From the NCBI GenBank assembly GCA_964187785.1, contig OZ076409.1, positions 35,588,001 to 35,652,000 of the forward strand: a stretch of 64,000 nucleotides of DNA, read 5' to 3'. The stretch comes from Amphiscolops sp. MND2022. Its lineage: Eukaryota. Positions within the stretch are counted from its first letter, which is position 1. Every line of letters starts with the position of its first letter. The position numbers and the translations under genes were made by a program. Below are positions 1 to 12,740 of this stretch, piece by piece. The notes beneath the pieces were generated by a model that saw nothing but the letters and a program-made list of their open reading frames with translations, searched no databases and had not been told where the DNA came from.

Positions 1-459
1 TTCAGCGAGAAACCACATGTATGGCGGACGCGAAAAGCATTTTTGAACAAATGTGCATTGACTATCCAATTATGTCAATGTAGCTGAAACCTGATGCCAA
101 AATCATTCACTCACCAAATTTTGAGAATGCCATAATCAAAATTCAGAACTGTACAACCTACACCCTCTCAGAGGAAGAAAAAGAACAACTTCCAAATTTA
201 AAGTATCCAGAGACATCTGAATCCTGAAATTGAGAGCGACTTTGCAGCAAGTATTATAAAGAAAAGAAAAATTGCCACAGGGGTTTCGCGGTCCCAACCC
301 CGGTATATGGACTGGCATTTTCTGCTTCGAATTTGCTTGAGAGATTTTTTAGTACTGCGGAATATGCCTATTCTGAGCTGCTATTTCTGAAAATCAACAA
401 AACGTACTGGAATAATGAACTCGTGTCCAAAGTTGTTGCTGAAAACTGATGTTTTCCCT

Positions 460-1040
460 TTGCAATTAATTGCATGTAATTGCAATTTACTTTTGGGTTT
501 TATCAATTAATTGATAATTGATTTTTACTATTCCAATTAATTGCAATGTAATTTTTGGATGCGCAATCAATTTTTGAACGCCCCTGGTGGCCAGGGGTGG
601 ACCACCTGTGGCCACCGGTGGAGAAAATTTCATGTTGTATACAAAATATTGCAAAAATCGTGACGCGAAACTGTATTATTGTTGACACTCCAGCATTGTT
701 GACCTCTGCGCAATCAGCTTTTGTAATTTGTATGTTTTGCCTTAGCTACCTTTCTTCTGCAGCATTGCCTACATCGCGGCTCCCATACACGCGGTGCTAA
801 AATGGTCTTAATCGCTGCAGAACTTCTTGAGTGAAGAAATAAATTGTTGAAAATTTGAATAACCTTCGAATTCCATAATGAAATAATAATTTTTAATAAT
901 TTTCCACAATTCACAATTCATTTTTTTGAAAAAAATTGGACCGGTGACCACCGGTAGAAATAGTGACTGATTATCCAAAATTGCTTACACCGGTGGTCAC
1001 CGGTGGTTAGCGGTGGTTAGCGGTGGAGTGTCAGTACGGG
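460..1040. mobile_element. Possible right end of a DNA transposon with palindromic subterminal motifs
   Basis: Repeated CCACCGGT-type motifs (about 610-620, 940-955, 988-1005), a CCCCTGG-TGG-CCAGGGG hairpin at 581-597 and GGTTAGCGGT repeats end in ...GTGTCAGTACGGG (1040). No matching left end was found in the window. Confidence 0.3.
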
Positions 1041-1762
1041 TAATACGCTAATAATCCGCTTTCCCAGAGCTTGGACAAACACATGTTTCACTGCCATCAA
1101 ATGAAATAAACAATTTTCGGATCTTTTATGTTATTCCCCCCACAAAAAACAAGGAAAATTTAATTCCCCAACACTATCAGCAATGAGTTTCAGTTGCAGT
1201 TAGAGTTATAAAAGACTGCAATTTGACTGGTTGTTACCAGCGCTTTCCGATTTAATATTGCAATATTATTTTGTATCAAAAAATTTTCAATAAATATGTT
1301 TCAATGAACAATGTCAAAACTAACTATATTGCAATATGTTGCAAAATGCTGACTTTGAAGTCTCTGGACAGAAAAGCAAAGAAAAAACTATTTTTTAAGT
1401 TAAATATACAAAAAACTCTTCAAAAAGAGATTTGAACAATTTGAGTCAGTATAAATACCAGTCTAAAAGCTGCTAATGTTCCGAAATTTTTGATAATGTT
1501 TAAGAAACAACTACATTTGCAAAATTAAAGGTAAATTGATGTTTTCATACATTGAGCAATATCAAAAGCGCAGTTAAATTGAAGAGCTGCGAGCAATTCA
1601 GAGAAAAGTCGATGTAGGCTTATAATGTGGTTGCTTTATATTTCTCAGAAATGCTCCACAAGAATGATTTTTAACTTTGTTTTTATATCCAATAAATTGC
1701 AATACTATTTCTACTTCTTTCTACCGCCAATGAATACATTACAAAACAAATATTGCAATTTT

Positions 1763-3950
1763 TGAGAGGCTTGAAAACCAGTGCAGATAAAAAGACCTCT
1801 AATTGGTTGAATTTGCAGAACCATAACTCCGACCCCCAATGAAAGAACGAATATCACCGTGCAGAGCGAATCACATTCAAATTGAATCAAATGGAAGCTT
1901 TCACGACTGAAAATGATACCCTAGTCAGCAGAAAAGGTTATCATCAGAGTCGAACATTGCACAACTTTCTTCATTTCTAATCGATAAATAATTATAACAT
2001 CGTTACAAATCAATAAACATATTCATTAAATCACGAACGTAAATTATAACTAAAGTTTAATTTACAATTTTTTAAATGACAGAGGTCATTTTACTTTTGC
2101 TCAACCAGTAGTTTTGAATGCTCATGATATGCAGACGGATGAGAAAAGCACACGACACGTGTTACTTTTCAAAGCGTTCACGTTTTGATTTTCGGTTCAG
2201 CTGTGATTTGCAGGAACATTTTGCATGTACACTTTAACACAGTGTTTCAGACAGGATTGGGTTGTTGAGAAGTGTGCCAGGCCCAAAGTTTACCACAATT
2301 CTGAAGGAGTTGACACTACGGATAAGTTGGGCAAATCAAACGGTAAATCAATTCACGGAAACTCTTTCTACATCAACGGAGCAGAGAGGTGTCTTCGCAA
2401 GAGTACCCTCCTCACTGATATCGTCGCTTAAACGCTTACAGGTTGTAAAAGGCAAAAACCCAGGTTAACAGGTTCAAGCTCTCTGATCGGCACTCTTGAC
2501 AGAACTATGTTAGAGTTCGACATGTGCACGGCCACGTCGATACGTTGGAAAAATTGAAGTGTTTCTGCTGCACTTTGTCTATTTCTAGGTGAACATGGAT
2601 TTGTAATAGCACGTGAACGCTTATCAAAAGCTGCTTTCGAATTCGATACTAAACACCCAATTCGTCTACCCTCCAAACATCCTTCAACACGACTGATGAT
2701 GCTAAAATGTCATTTGGACGTTCGTCGTCAAAGCGTTGAAAGTAGACGACTCGAATTCCAACAAAGATTTAGGAACTGTGGCCTCAGAAACGCCTTAGGG
2801 AACATCAAAGGTCATTGCGTTCCATGTAAGAAATACAGTGCTGTTGTCCAAGCTCCAACAGTTGCTGATGCACCAACAGAAACAGTGGAGCAACTTGATT
2901 TCCCTTCACTTATGTTGGAGTCGGTTATTTTGAGGCCATAGAGGTGAATAACATGGGAAGGACATTGGAAAGATAGGTGTGTGTCTATTCTTGCCTGTGT
3001 GTATTCACTAGACACTGGCTCCTGTCAGGGCGCAGTTGCACAATTTATAGCCAAACGAGGTCATCACTCCATCAACTATTTTGAGTGATAATGGGACTAA
3101 CTTCGTTAGAGCGAACAACGAGCTGAAGCAGTTTGCATCAATGTGACAAAACTGCGATTTGCAAGAAAAACTTTGTCGAAAGAAGGTTGTTTAGACATTC
3201 AAACCTGCAGCAGCGCCACATTTTGAGGGTTCTTGGGAGCGGATGGTCAAGACATGCAAGCAGGCCATTTACCACGTTTGAATTGTCAAAGGATTACCGA
3301 CGAGCTTTTAGCTACAATTCATTGTCTCACTGAGCAACTACTAAACTCTCGCCCCCTCACGCCTAACTCTGATGATCTTTCTGACAAGCAAGCTTTGACG
3401 TTTCATCATTTTCTATTGGGCCAACAGAGTATTGCTATTCCTTATTTGCCTGAAACGCAAAGGTATCAAAATCACAGGAAAATGTTGCGAGTTGCCCAAG
3501 CTCACATGGACAACATTTGGGCGAGATGGCTGACAGAGTATCTCCCAGGGCATTATAATCTCCAGAAATGGTACAACGAACGTCAGTACTTGAAAGAAAA
3601 TAATTTGGTGTGGTTTATCGACCATCGTTGAAAACGGGGTTTTTACCGGCTTTGAAGAGTCAAAAAGTGTCATTTTGGGAATGATGGAAATTTTCAATCT
3701 TCTGACGTCCTAACCCAATCTGGAGTAGTTTTTCGAACTACAGTTAAATTGTCCCGTGAAAGGGACGGCATTGGGTGTGTTCCTCGCCAAAATAAACACA
3801 GGGCCGCAATGAAAAGGCCTGAAAACCAGTAGAGAAAAAAGACCTCAAATTAGGTGAATTTGCAGAGTGTTACTCCGACCCCAATGAACGAATCAACCCC
3901 GAAACAGCAGTGACCTCCCGTATTTGAGCCAAATCACCGATATAGATTAG
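1763..3950 (+). mobile_element. Old, internally deleted BEL/Pao LTR retrotransposon remnant
   Basis: Two diverged direct repeats start with TG (1763 TGAGAGGCTTGAAAACCAGT...; 3810 TGAAAAGGCCTGAAAACCAGT...). The second follows a BEL-type PPT (AAACACAGGGCCGCAA). They enclose only integrase/DUF5641 remnants. The right boundary is approximate. Confidence 0.7.
2130..3790 (+). pseudogene. Degenerate BEL/Pao integrase and DUF5641 C-terminus
   Basis: Fragments across frames include DTKHPIRLPSKHP, CVPCKKY, SDNGTNF, and CLTEQLLNSRPLTP...LTFHHFLLG...IWARWLTEYLP (ORF 3233-3631). They are colinear with the end of the 13138-19542 polyprotein and contain many frameshifts and stops. Confidence 0.85.
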
Positions 3951-6900
3951 AAAACTGGAATTCAAAGCAACTTTCACTCAAAAAAAAGTGTTTATGGTGG
4001 GTTTTTGGACTTTTCAATCAAAACACTTTTCTAGTAAATACCGCCCTCCATTTCCTGATTAACCCATTTAACCCTCAAATTTGTTAAATATCGTATTATG
4101 AGAACGTATTTGAGTATTTGTACCCAATTTTAGCCTACTTAGATAGGATAGGCAAAAAAGCCCAAGGTAGTGTATTTCTTGATCACGAAAGTCATGTTGC
4201 TCGTTGTAAATCAGATGAAATACTCTCATGACTTCATATTTACGCATAAATAATTGCTCCTATATTGTTTACTCTATTAGTCGATGTACCTGAGATGCTG
4301 TATAACCATGAAAGAACGGAAAAATTACTTCTTGAAAGCAATTTGAGTGTTTTCAGAAGCTGAAATTTTCAGTTTTCATCACGTATTCGTAAAGTTTTCA
4401 TGAAGATATTGCAAAACAAATAATTTATTGAAAAGCCTTGGATGTAACTATTAATTCAATGACATTTTTACTTGACCGTTCAATTGAATGGGGAATTGAA
4501 TCGGTGGGGAATTAACAGAATAGATCCCAATTTTGATTCGCCAATCAAAGTAAGAGTTATGATCTGGTCTGAAATGATTAGGTAACTGGTAGTAAATTCA
4601 GCAGTTGTCACAAAATAACTGACACAACTGTATTTGAATCATACTTCATATTTCCTCGGTCATGACGCAAGATCCAGGAACGGAACGCCTGAAAAAAATT
4701 GAAAGTTGAAAGCTTTTTTCTTGAACACACGGTAGTCACTTAATCTAACATATATTCTAACGCGATGAATATCATAAAATTCTTTTTAAAAAAAAACGTT
4801 TGAGCCAAACAAAAGGAGCATAATCAGCTCTCCGAGTTTCTGCCCTGGACATTAGAGAGTCAAATTTCTACCTACTCACACTGATTCATTTATCATCAGC
4901 AATCACATTTTAATTACACAGTGAAAGTTTTATTAATCATTATTTGGTTGAAATGAATGATCCAGCAGTATTTTAACAACGGTGAGAAACATTTTATTGG
5001 CAGAACAATGCAAAAAGGTCACCACTTTATGTTATATATAGCTACTGTTATATATATATAAATATGGTTTTCCAGGTATGTTCTGATTTACCTGTGAGAC
5101 TGGTTTCATGACAACAGGTATTATATTCATTTGCAGCAACCAATTATATCCTTTGATTAGTGTCTGTTCAACCGATTTTGATTTGCATTTTGTTCGACAG
5201 TTGGGTTTTGTCAAAAACCCTTTTTTCGATCCTCGCGTTTTTCGTTGTTTCGACTCAACAACGAGTTTTTTAAATTTTGTTGTTCCATTAGATCTCAGTT
5301 GATTACAATGTTCTCGAATTACATCCAAAATGAACAATTCAAAAACTGTATTGAGATGGGTTTTGCGCAGAATATCTTGTAAACTGTCATACTTTTCCTG
5401 AATAAAATGGCTCCACTATTTCACCTCTGTGCCTTTTCAACTGAGTCTATCCCATTACAGACCTAGCGTACGCGTTGGGGAACGACAAACATTTTATTGG
5501 ATAATTTCCCGTTCTCGAGTTTTGAAATGATTATCCTACTACTACAGTTTTTAACGAGCTTTAAGTTTTGCAACACAGCTGGTCAATCATTGAAAACAAC
5601 AATTCCACCCATGAAGCGATAGAGAAAAAAAGAGTTTCCAAAAGTGTTCAGCGTCGAAGTACCATTGTACAATTCTTCAACTCATGGGGCGCAGATCGTT
5701 TACATTTTTAGACATTTTGATTTTCATTTTTGATTCGTTTCTAGTATTGTCGTACCTGTAATGCAGGGTTACATTTACAGTTATATGCGGTTCATTGTTT
5801 GAATTTGCGTGGTTGATTTCATTGGGGTTTATTCTCCGAGTTGAAAAACAAGAGTCAGTCTATCCCGGAGAGACTGTCGACTTTCGAAGATAAGTTCTCT
5901 ATCCATTATAGGATTTCTTTTTGATTGATCTCCCTTTTGGGACCCTGTTCGCTATCTTATTCGTGATCCTCAATCTGTTTCTCGGTAAGATCTGAAGTCT
6001 CGTCTCTGAAACAATCGATCATCAAAAGCTCTTCGTTCATTTTTTTCAATCGAGCTTTTCTTTAAGGCGAGCGATTTTCTTTGGGTTCCTTTCTCGAATG
6101 AAAAAAGTGTTTTGTGTGGAACTTTCAACTAGACTTTTGATAACTCATCCTCAACTCCTTTTTCAACTTGAACAAAAATGGCGCAACTTTGAAAACAGTT
6201 AAGAATTATCTGATCCCGCGTCAGGTACAAATACGTTGCGCTAGACGCAGGGGGGATTTTTTTCCGAGGAGAAAATACAATTAGAATACGCTTCCCCAAG
6301 ACTTCAGCTTCAAATTTGATCACATATTCAGACAGAAAGTGACTTTCAACTTCCTGCCTGGGTCTCAATTCGACGTCCCTTTCTCTTCAATTTACCTTTT
6401 GCCTGGACCCTGAAACCAACGGTCGCACCAATGTACACCAACCTAGCTAACTTACGCGGGAAAGGAAAATATACAAACTGGGAAATGAGTACCAACTTAA
6501 ATGAATACAAAATGAATGAAGAAAATAAATATTTAAAATAATAAATCCAAATATCAACCTACTGATCCTTCTTTTCAACGTATTTATAATCGTTTTTTCC
6601 TCACAAAAATGTTTTGAGGTCTCAATGTGGAATGAACTGAGAAACATCAATGTAAATTTTTGTGCAACTTCCAAGTCTCATGGCCAGAATATGATGGTAG
6701 AGCCTTCAAAGCAATTAGTACAAATATATCTATCATTGTTCACTTGAATTCAGTCAATGGGACAACAGGCGAAATTAAAATAGCTCATGTTAGGCATGTA
6801 CGACTTTTAGTGTTGTTGGTTTTCACCTTTATACCAACAGAATATCAGATTTCATCTGAGACGACATCCCAGACAGTCTACGCATAAATAATAATCGAAC

Positions 6901-9477
6901 AGTACAAAAAAAATTACTTCGACAATTCCAAACGTTTTTCATGACTGTAGAATCAAACTATCGTTCTAATCTGTTCAAACACTTGGGTTCTTTGAAACAA
7001 TCCAGCGGGTCTTTTTTTAACAATCTAACATTGGGACGATTTCTGTTGGCGCCTCAAACGACCTTCAAATAACTTATAGCGAAAATATAGGTCAAAATAG
7101 CCTAAGTATTAGTGCTGTAAAATTGGGTAGAGCAAACTTTGAGCAGTAGTTTTTACCCAACCGACCATATTTGGCCCCTAAAAGCTGTCCACGCCAAAAA
7201 TTGCAAATCGAAGAGAAAATTTTTTTTGTGTTCTATGACCCATTTTTGAGCCTTGCTTCCAAATTTGGTGTACTTTTGAGTTTCTAGCTATGTTTTTGTA
7301 TTTGATCCCTTGAGTAGGTCATATTTGGTTATCCCTACTTCGAAGAGGAAGCCGGTAGAGCTTGTGTAAACTGATTGAAGCTTCTGAGGGCAAATGCTCA
7401 CTCTAATCGTGAACCATTGAACCATAAAATCATGAAAGTGTTTACTGTTGATGTTGATATACAATTATCTTTATATACTTTATGGCCTCGAACGTGGGCA
7501 GTTTGCTTACTTTGTTGTTTTTTGAAAGAGACTTCATGGTACCTATATACTCGATTCTAAACATGACAGTCAATGCAATTTCCTATGCGTCTTAAAAAGC
7601 TTATGAAACTCTCACTGTTTTTTTTGCGCGCAGCCCAAACCATGAACAGACCCATGTAATCACGTTTTTAGACCGTCGAAATAGTGAAAATAGCTAAAAA
7701 GGCTGACAATGGCTTGTTTCAAAAAGGCTTATTTGACAAACCAGGTGTTTACTTAGTAAACGAATTTCTTAGGCAAAATTACCAAGTTAGTTAGTGAGCG
7801 ACATCGTCGATGTAATTGTTCAATTTGGCTAAGTCAGAGTTGATCCCTGGGAGCGAATTTTACTACGTCCCACTTTTGGCCGAAAATATTCTAAGATACA
7901 CTATGAAAAACCAGTGCACTAAGCCAACCTATGAATTCGTCGGCGAAACACGGAAGAAGTCATATGATGTATAAAATTGATAGTCCCTGGGATATTAGGT
8001 CATTTGCGCATATTTTCCGAACCCTATGACGCGTGTCGGAGGAGCACGGACCCTATGTAAAGAAACCCCGAATATTATGCAAAGAGCCACCACCTGACCC
8101 GAAGATCTTGAAACTTGCCAAAGATATTATGTCATGTCTAGAAATAGCATCGATTTGGCCTTGAATCTATAATTAGAATGGGGGCACAGGAAGACGGTCT
8201 GTTATAGGGACAGGAAGTTATAGCAAATGGTTTGAATGACAAGCACTTGTTTACTTATTACTCTATATGAGAGTAATACAGCTTGGTGGACTGGTAGTTC
8301 GCTTGACTATATAATATTAGCAAATACAGCATATTGGATTGGTGGTCCAAGCTGCTAGAGAATACTAGCACGTGATTGGTCAATAATTACCAGAGACTGT
8401 GTGTCGAGTTGACTGGAGTGATTTTCACTTCGAACGCGTTTCCTTTATTGCATACACCTTTTTTTCAGTACTTGTTTCAATTATTAAACTAGAAAGCCAC
8501 AACAATTCAATCTGGTTTACACTAACGCTAGCATAATGCATATTTCACACCAGTGATCTAGAATAATTTACATGTAGAACAAATAAACTCAAGTCCTAAA
8601 GTTATAGGCGAATGGATCTACGGTCCCATGATTACAGGGTAGTACTACGCGTATGAATGGTAGGTAGTTATCACTAGAGGCTATTGGTATCACGTACCGT
8701 CACAGGCGGTAGCCTGCGACAATACATTCAAAAGAGCAATCAATAATTCAATATTTGAGAAAAACTTAATGTTCGCAAAAAAAACAAAAAATTCTTTTTG
8801 TTCGTTTTTTGAGACTTCGTTCTCATTTTTGGTCAACCTGGATTTTTTTGTGACGGATAATACTACCCACAAAGCACAAAATTCAAAACGGAAATGAATG
8901 TCTATGTAGCATACTCTTTATGGTAGAAACAAGTTGAAGAAAAGGTACGAAGTGACCTCAGAAAACCAAAAAATATCGAAAAATTTCCATTTTTTGGAAA
9001 ATTGGTGGCTTTTTTGGACAGTTATTGAACATTGCGTTGACAATGACTCAATTTGCTTGAGGAAGAGAAAGATAACGTTTTTTTAGGTGATGCCCCAAAA
9101 AGCCCCCATGAAAACCTACATTTCTGCAATTTCAATCGTGTAAATCAATTTTCGTACGTTTTTCGTACTTTAAGTGGGAATTATCACAGCGTTCGAAGCA
9201 CAATATCTGCCTCATTTTCTTTTAAAAATGAAAAAGCTGACTCTAATTTTTGAAAGTTACACGAAACGTCCAATCAAAAGCTGAAAAATGTCCATTTTCG
9301 AACGTTTCGTTCTTTTTTTGGATAATCTTCGCCCACTCTTCCAAATTTGAAAGTTTGCTTCCTGGACATACTTTTTCAGAAAACACATTCAGTTTCTTGA
9401 AGCAAGGCGTCAATTGAATTGAAAGGTGGAGAAGTTTTCATGCTCGAGCCTTGAGAAATTGTCGTAGCTTATTTGTT

Positions 9478-9516
9478 TCGGGGCGGAAAGTATCTCGCTC
9501 TTAAGCGGGCGTCTTG
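9478..9516 (+). mobile_element. Helitron-like 3' terminus (GC hairpin followed by CTTG|T)
   Basis: GGGCGGAAAGTATCTCGCTCTTAAGCGGGCGTCTTG|T contains a CTCGCT/AGCGGG hairpin 3 nt before CTTG. A near-identical terminus occurs at 24530-24565. Confidence 0.45.
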
Positions 9517-9914
9517 TTATTCAAAAAATAACTTTGGATTTTTTTCTGATGAATTGTCGTTTTCTTTCATTTTGTGGTCTGTCGCCGATTTGAAACCCAG
9601 TTTCGACCAGTTGAAAAGTGATAAGGATTCCATTTTGTTCTTAAGGTTCAATCAGGGCTTAAGAAACGTGTGTATGATCATAAAAAGGCTATATCTCTAT
9701 GGTGGAAATTCTTTGATTTGTTTTACAGAAAATTATGAGGCCACATAAAATTATAATTTACCGAGGCACTTATCCGAAATGAGTGAATTTCAGTATGATT
9801 ACAAAACGTCCATACAAAATTACTGAAAGGCAAAATTACATTGCAGCTTGCTACGAAATCTAAGTTTGATCAGAGTTCGGAACTTACCCAGTTCTATCGA
9901 GTATTATATTTCGT

Positions 9915-10198
9915 TCACAAAAACGGTTCTCTAATTTCTTCACCGGAGCTGAAACTATTTTCCTCCCCTTTTATTTCACGCGTTCGAGCTGCAATGAAAA
10001 ATTCTTCCTTCGTATTCAGAAGCGGTTTTCCCAGAGTTTCAAGCCCATATAACATTATGAACAGAGAGGAGACGACCCCAAAAGCTGCAAATATTAAGTA
10101 TGGGGCGCAGTTGTAAGGACCCACATCTATGTAGGTCACAAAGGGCGCCAGAATAGTAGCACTCGATGCAGCAGATGAACACAATAGAAGTCCAGTGC
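9915..10198 (-). CDS. SLC22/organic cation transporter-like MFS gene, last coding exon (exon 4)
   Basis: Encodes GTGLLLCSSAASSATILAPF...LETLGKPLL...*, matching TM11-TM12 and the PETKGxPL-type C-terminal motif. It joins in frame (phase 1) to ELYPTVLR of exon 3 through the acceptor cttcgAG|gc. Confidence 0.85.
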
Positions 10199-10753
10199 CT
10201 CGAAGCCAGCATTCGAGTAAATTTTATGCTTCTATAAAAAAATTACGCTATTTTCCAAAACAGGAAGCTAACGTCTATTAGAAAAGTTTTTTGTTTGAGC
10301 GAACTTTTTTCACACATTGCACTGTGATTATGTTCGAATTAAATGTCTTTTTTTGTGAATCAAAAAAGGAAGCTGTTGATTTTCCAATCAAAATTGTGTA
10401 ACTTGATCAGGAAAAATAGTGTGGACAAAATTCATACCTGGATGCTAAACTGTCACCCAGCGAAAAAATTTGAAATTGAAGGTTTCTGGCTTACTTTTGA
10501 GTCTTTTTCGTATATTTTCAAAAAAATCGATGGAAGGGAAAACAGAGAAGAAACAGAAACTGTGAAAAGGATTCTATAGATTTTCTGAAATGAAAAAAGA
10601 ACAAGAGATGCAATGGTATTGCGATATTTTGTATAATCTGCTATTACGTTTTTAGAAAAAAATCAGAACCTTTTCAGCATCTATTAACTAGCTCATGCAA
10701 AGATACATATAAAGTTCCAAAATGACAGTTCGAAAAAAAATTTCCATTGCCTG

Positions 10754-11129
10754 TGTTGTGTACACAATATGATTGGATTAAAACAAACTAATCTCAAGGC
10801 GCTATGGCGAAATAGGTTAGTGCATTCGGTTCCTATTCCAAAGGTCCGGAGTTCGATTCCCGGAATCTGCGGAACCTTTGGTAAAAATACTAAAATACCG
10901 TTTTCGACTAAAATAATTTTTGAAATAATATATACGAAACTTTGACCTTGCTATCTCGAAACTTTAATTAATGTTTGATAATATTTGTAAACAACCTTTG
11001 TGCCTTTGTCAGTTTCGTTAATTTATACAGCTTTATCATTGTTCTATTGTGTTGCGTTCGATAAAACAGAAAGGTTCGAAATATACCATTCATTTCTTAA
11101 AGTCTTTTGCAAAACGATCTGTAGAATTG
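10754..11129 (+). repeat. BEL-1 5' LTR (portion shared with the 3' LTR; the true LTR probably extends further right)
   Basis: 376 bp match to 19702-20075, with 3 substitutions and a 2-bp indel by eye. It starts with TG and is preceded by GCCTG. Confidence 0.92.
10798..10870 (+). promoter_or_regulatory. tRNA-derived cassette with Pol III A and B boxes inside the 5' LTR
   Basis: GGCGCTA TG GCGAAATAGGTTAGTGC A TTCGG TTCCTAT TCCAA AGGTC CGGAG TTCGATT CCCGG AATCTGC is 73 nt with tRNA spacing. A box TGGCGAAATAGG, B box GTTCGATTCC. The acceptor stem does not pair. Confidence 0.75.
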
Positions 11130-12111
11130 CTCCGAGACTACAGCTATTTTAAGGTGGCCATAGAGAGGCATATACATTACACAGATTTTTATCGAGGCTA
11201 CGGTTGAAGTGGACAAATCAGAGACTGGACAAGCTTTAACTCCTGAACTCGTGACGTCTGACCCCAAGACATGTGCGACCCTTGATGTGACCCAAGCGAA
11301 GAATCAACTGCCCGAACAACGTCTTCCACCCCTCCTATCGCCCGCCTCAGACGTCAGCTGGGTGAAATCATCCACAGAACGGGTTCAAATTAGTGAGCAT
11401 GTTCCACCTCAGGGAGACGAATCCTCCCCGCAGAAGTAAACGAGATTAAACCAGATATTATACGCCCAAAAGCAGACCGAATCGAATGAACAACTATCAT
11501 TGCTGATTCAGCCGAAGGTTCGACGAAATCTTAGCAACTTTCTCGACACCACTAGAACTTCCCCCACTGATGAGCTACCCCCATACAACCCACAGAAGAT
11601 CCCCTGGTTGTTAGTAACCGAAAAAACTCGAAACACATCGCGGTTCTTCAGGATTTAAAATTCCTGAAAAGTTCTTGATGAAAACTTTAAACCCAGAGGC
11701 TTTATTATTTTAATTATTGTGCTAATCTTCGAGATAGCAAAGTTTGTCAAATTCGGGACACTTTTGTGTTATGTAAAACTTCCAGTTTCTTATGAAATTT
11801 GGAAAGGGTGATTGATGAAAAAACCCATAGTAACACTTTCCTAAAAGGCACACAAAAATTGACACCCTTCTTTCAAACAGAACCCAAGAAAGGGTTCAAT
11901 TCGTAATTATCAACTGAAACTCGGCATAAAATTTAGAAAACTGAGCGCTAATTGCATTTTGCTTCTTGTAAAAAAAACTTTGTCCCGAATTTTCCATGTA
12001 ATCTTGTTCCAATTTGAAAAATTGTTGGATCCGCCTTTTGATAATCCGTGTAGCTGAAAAAAAAAATCACAAAAAATATCAGTTTTGCGCGAAGTGTTGC
12101 GAAAAAAACGC

Positions 12112-12714
12112 ATGGTTTTCATATTGGCTGCTAGTTCTTTGCACCATGCAATAGAAACGTTAACTCCCGATGAAAAAGAACGTTATGAAAGCAAAATTGT
12201 CTCTATCCCGGGCCTAAGTCTCAATCCGAACACGAAAAATCCCAAGAAGATTGTTCAAAATTTAAAAGATCTGAAAGATAAAAAAGACATTGTGATTTGG
12301 CATGATGTTTTGAACAATAGTGTTTCGAAACATGATAGCAACCATTTACGTGCGTTATCAGTGTTGGATCTAATTAAAACATTGAAAAATCTTCAAGACA
12401 AGTTTTGTGCTCTGGTGTATTGCCAACGTTACCGCAACCCGTACATTTTCGAAGAATTGAAAGTTTTGCAAACTGATCATGACATCAAAGTGTTTAGTAT
12501 CGTCAAAGATTTTATATCCGTGAAAAAACGAAAGGATCCCGAGATTCTTAAACAATTCAAGGCGTTGCATCAGAGCCCAGAGCTTGAGCTGAAAAATTTG
12601 GATTTCGTTCTTCGTAAAGAGAATCAACTCTCTGCAATAACCGATAAAAGCCGACCCAAACGGCCAAGTAAGCGTGCCCGGAACGCTGCTAAGAGAGCCG
12701 CTGCCTCCTTTTAG
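12112..12714 (+). CDS. Accessory 200-aa ORF in the BEL-1 leader, SGNH/GDSL hydrolase-like with a basic C-terminal tail
   Basis: Uninterrupted ATG-to-TAG ORF. Motif order and spacing resemble SGNH blocks: FILAASSL (I), SIPGL (II), IVIWHDVLNNS (III), KALHQS (V). It ends KSRPKRPSKRARNAAKRAAASF. The fold call is from motif recognition only. Confidence 0.7.
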   Translation: MVFILAASSLHHAIETLTPDEKERYESKIVSIPGLSLNPNTKNPKKIVQNLKDLKDKKDIVIWHDVLNNSVSKHDSNHLRALSVLDLIKTLKNLQDKFCALVYCQRYRNPYIFEELKVLQTDHDIKVFSIVKDFISVKKRKDPEILKQFKALHQSPELELKNLDFVLRKENQLSAITDKSRPKRPSKRARNAAKRAAASF

Positions 12715-12727
12715 TCTCAGTTGACAA

Positions 12728-12740
12728 CCCCCCCCCCCCC
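12728..12740 (+). repeat. C13 homopolymer just after the accessory ORF stop
   Basis: GACAA followed by 13 C and TTCCAG. Confidence 0.9.

Noticed and set aside
10798-10870. Functional tRNA gene (also 19746-19818 and 22865-22937)
   Set aside because: The acceptor stems cannot pair (GGCGCTA versus AATCTGC) and the anticodon stems have mismatches, so these are called tRNA-derived cassettes.
11164-11658. About 165-codon reading frame with one internal stop (includes ORF 11209-11439) as a second accessory gene
   Set aside because: No ATG, an internal TAA and no recognisable motif. It may simply be the U5 part of a longer LTR.
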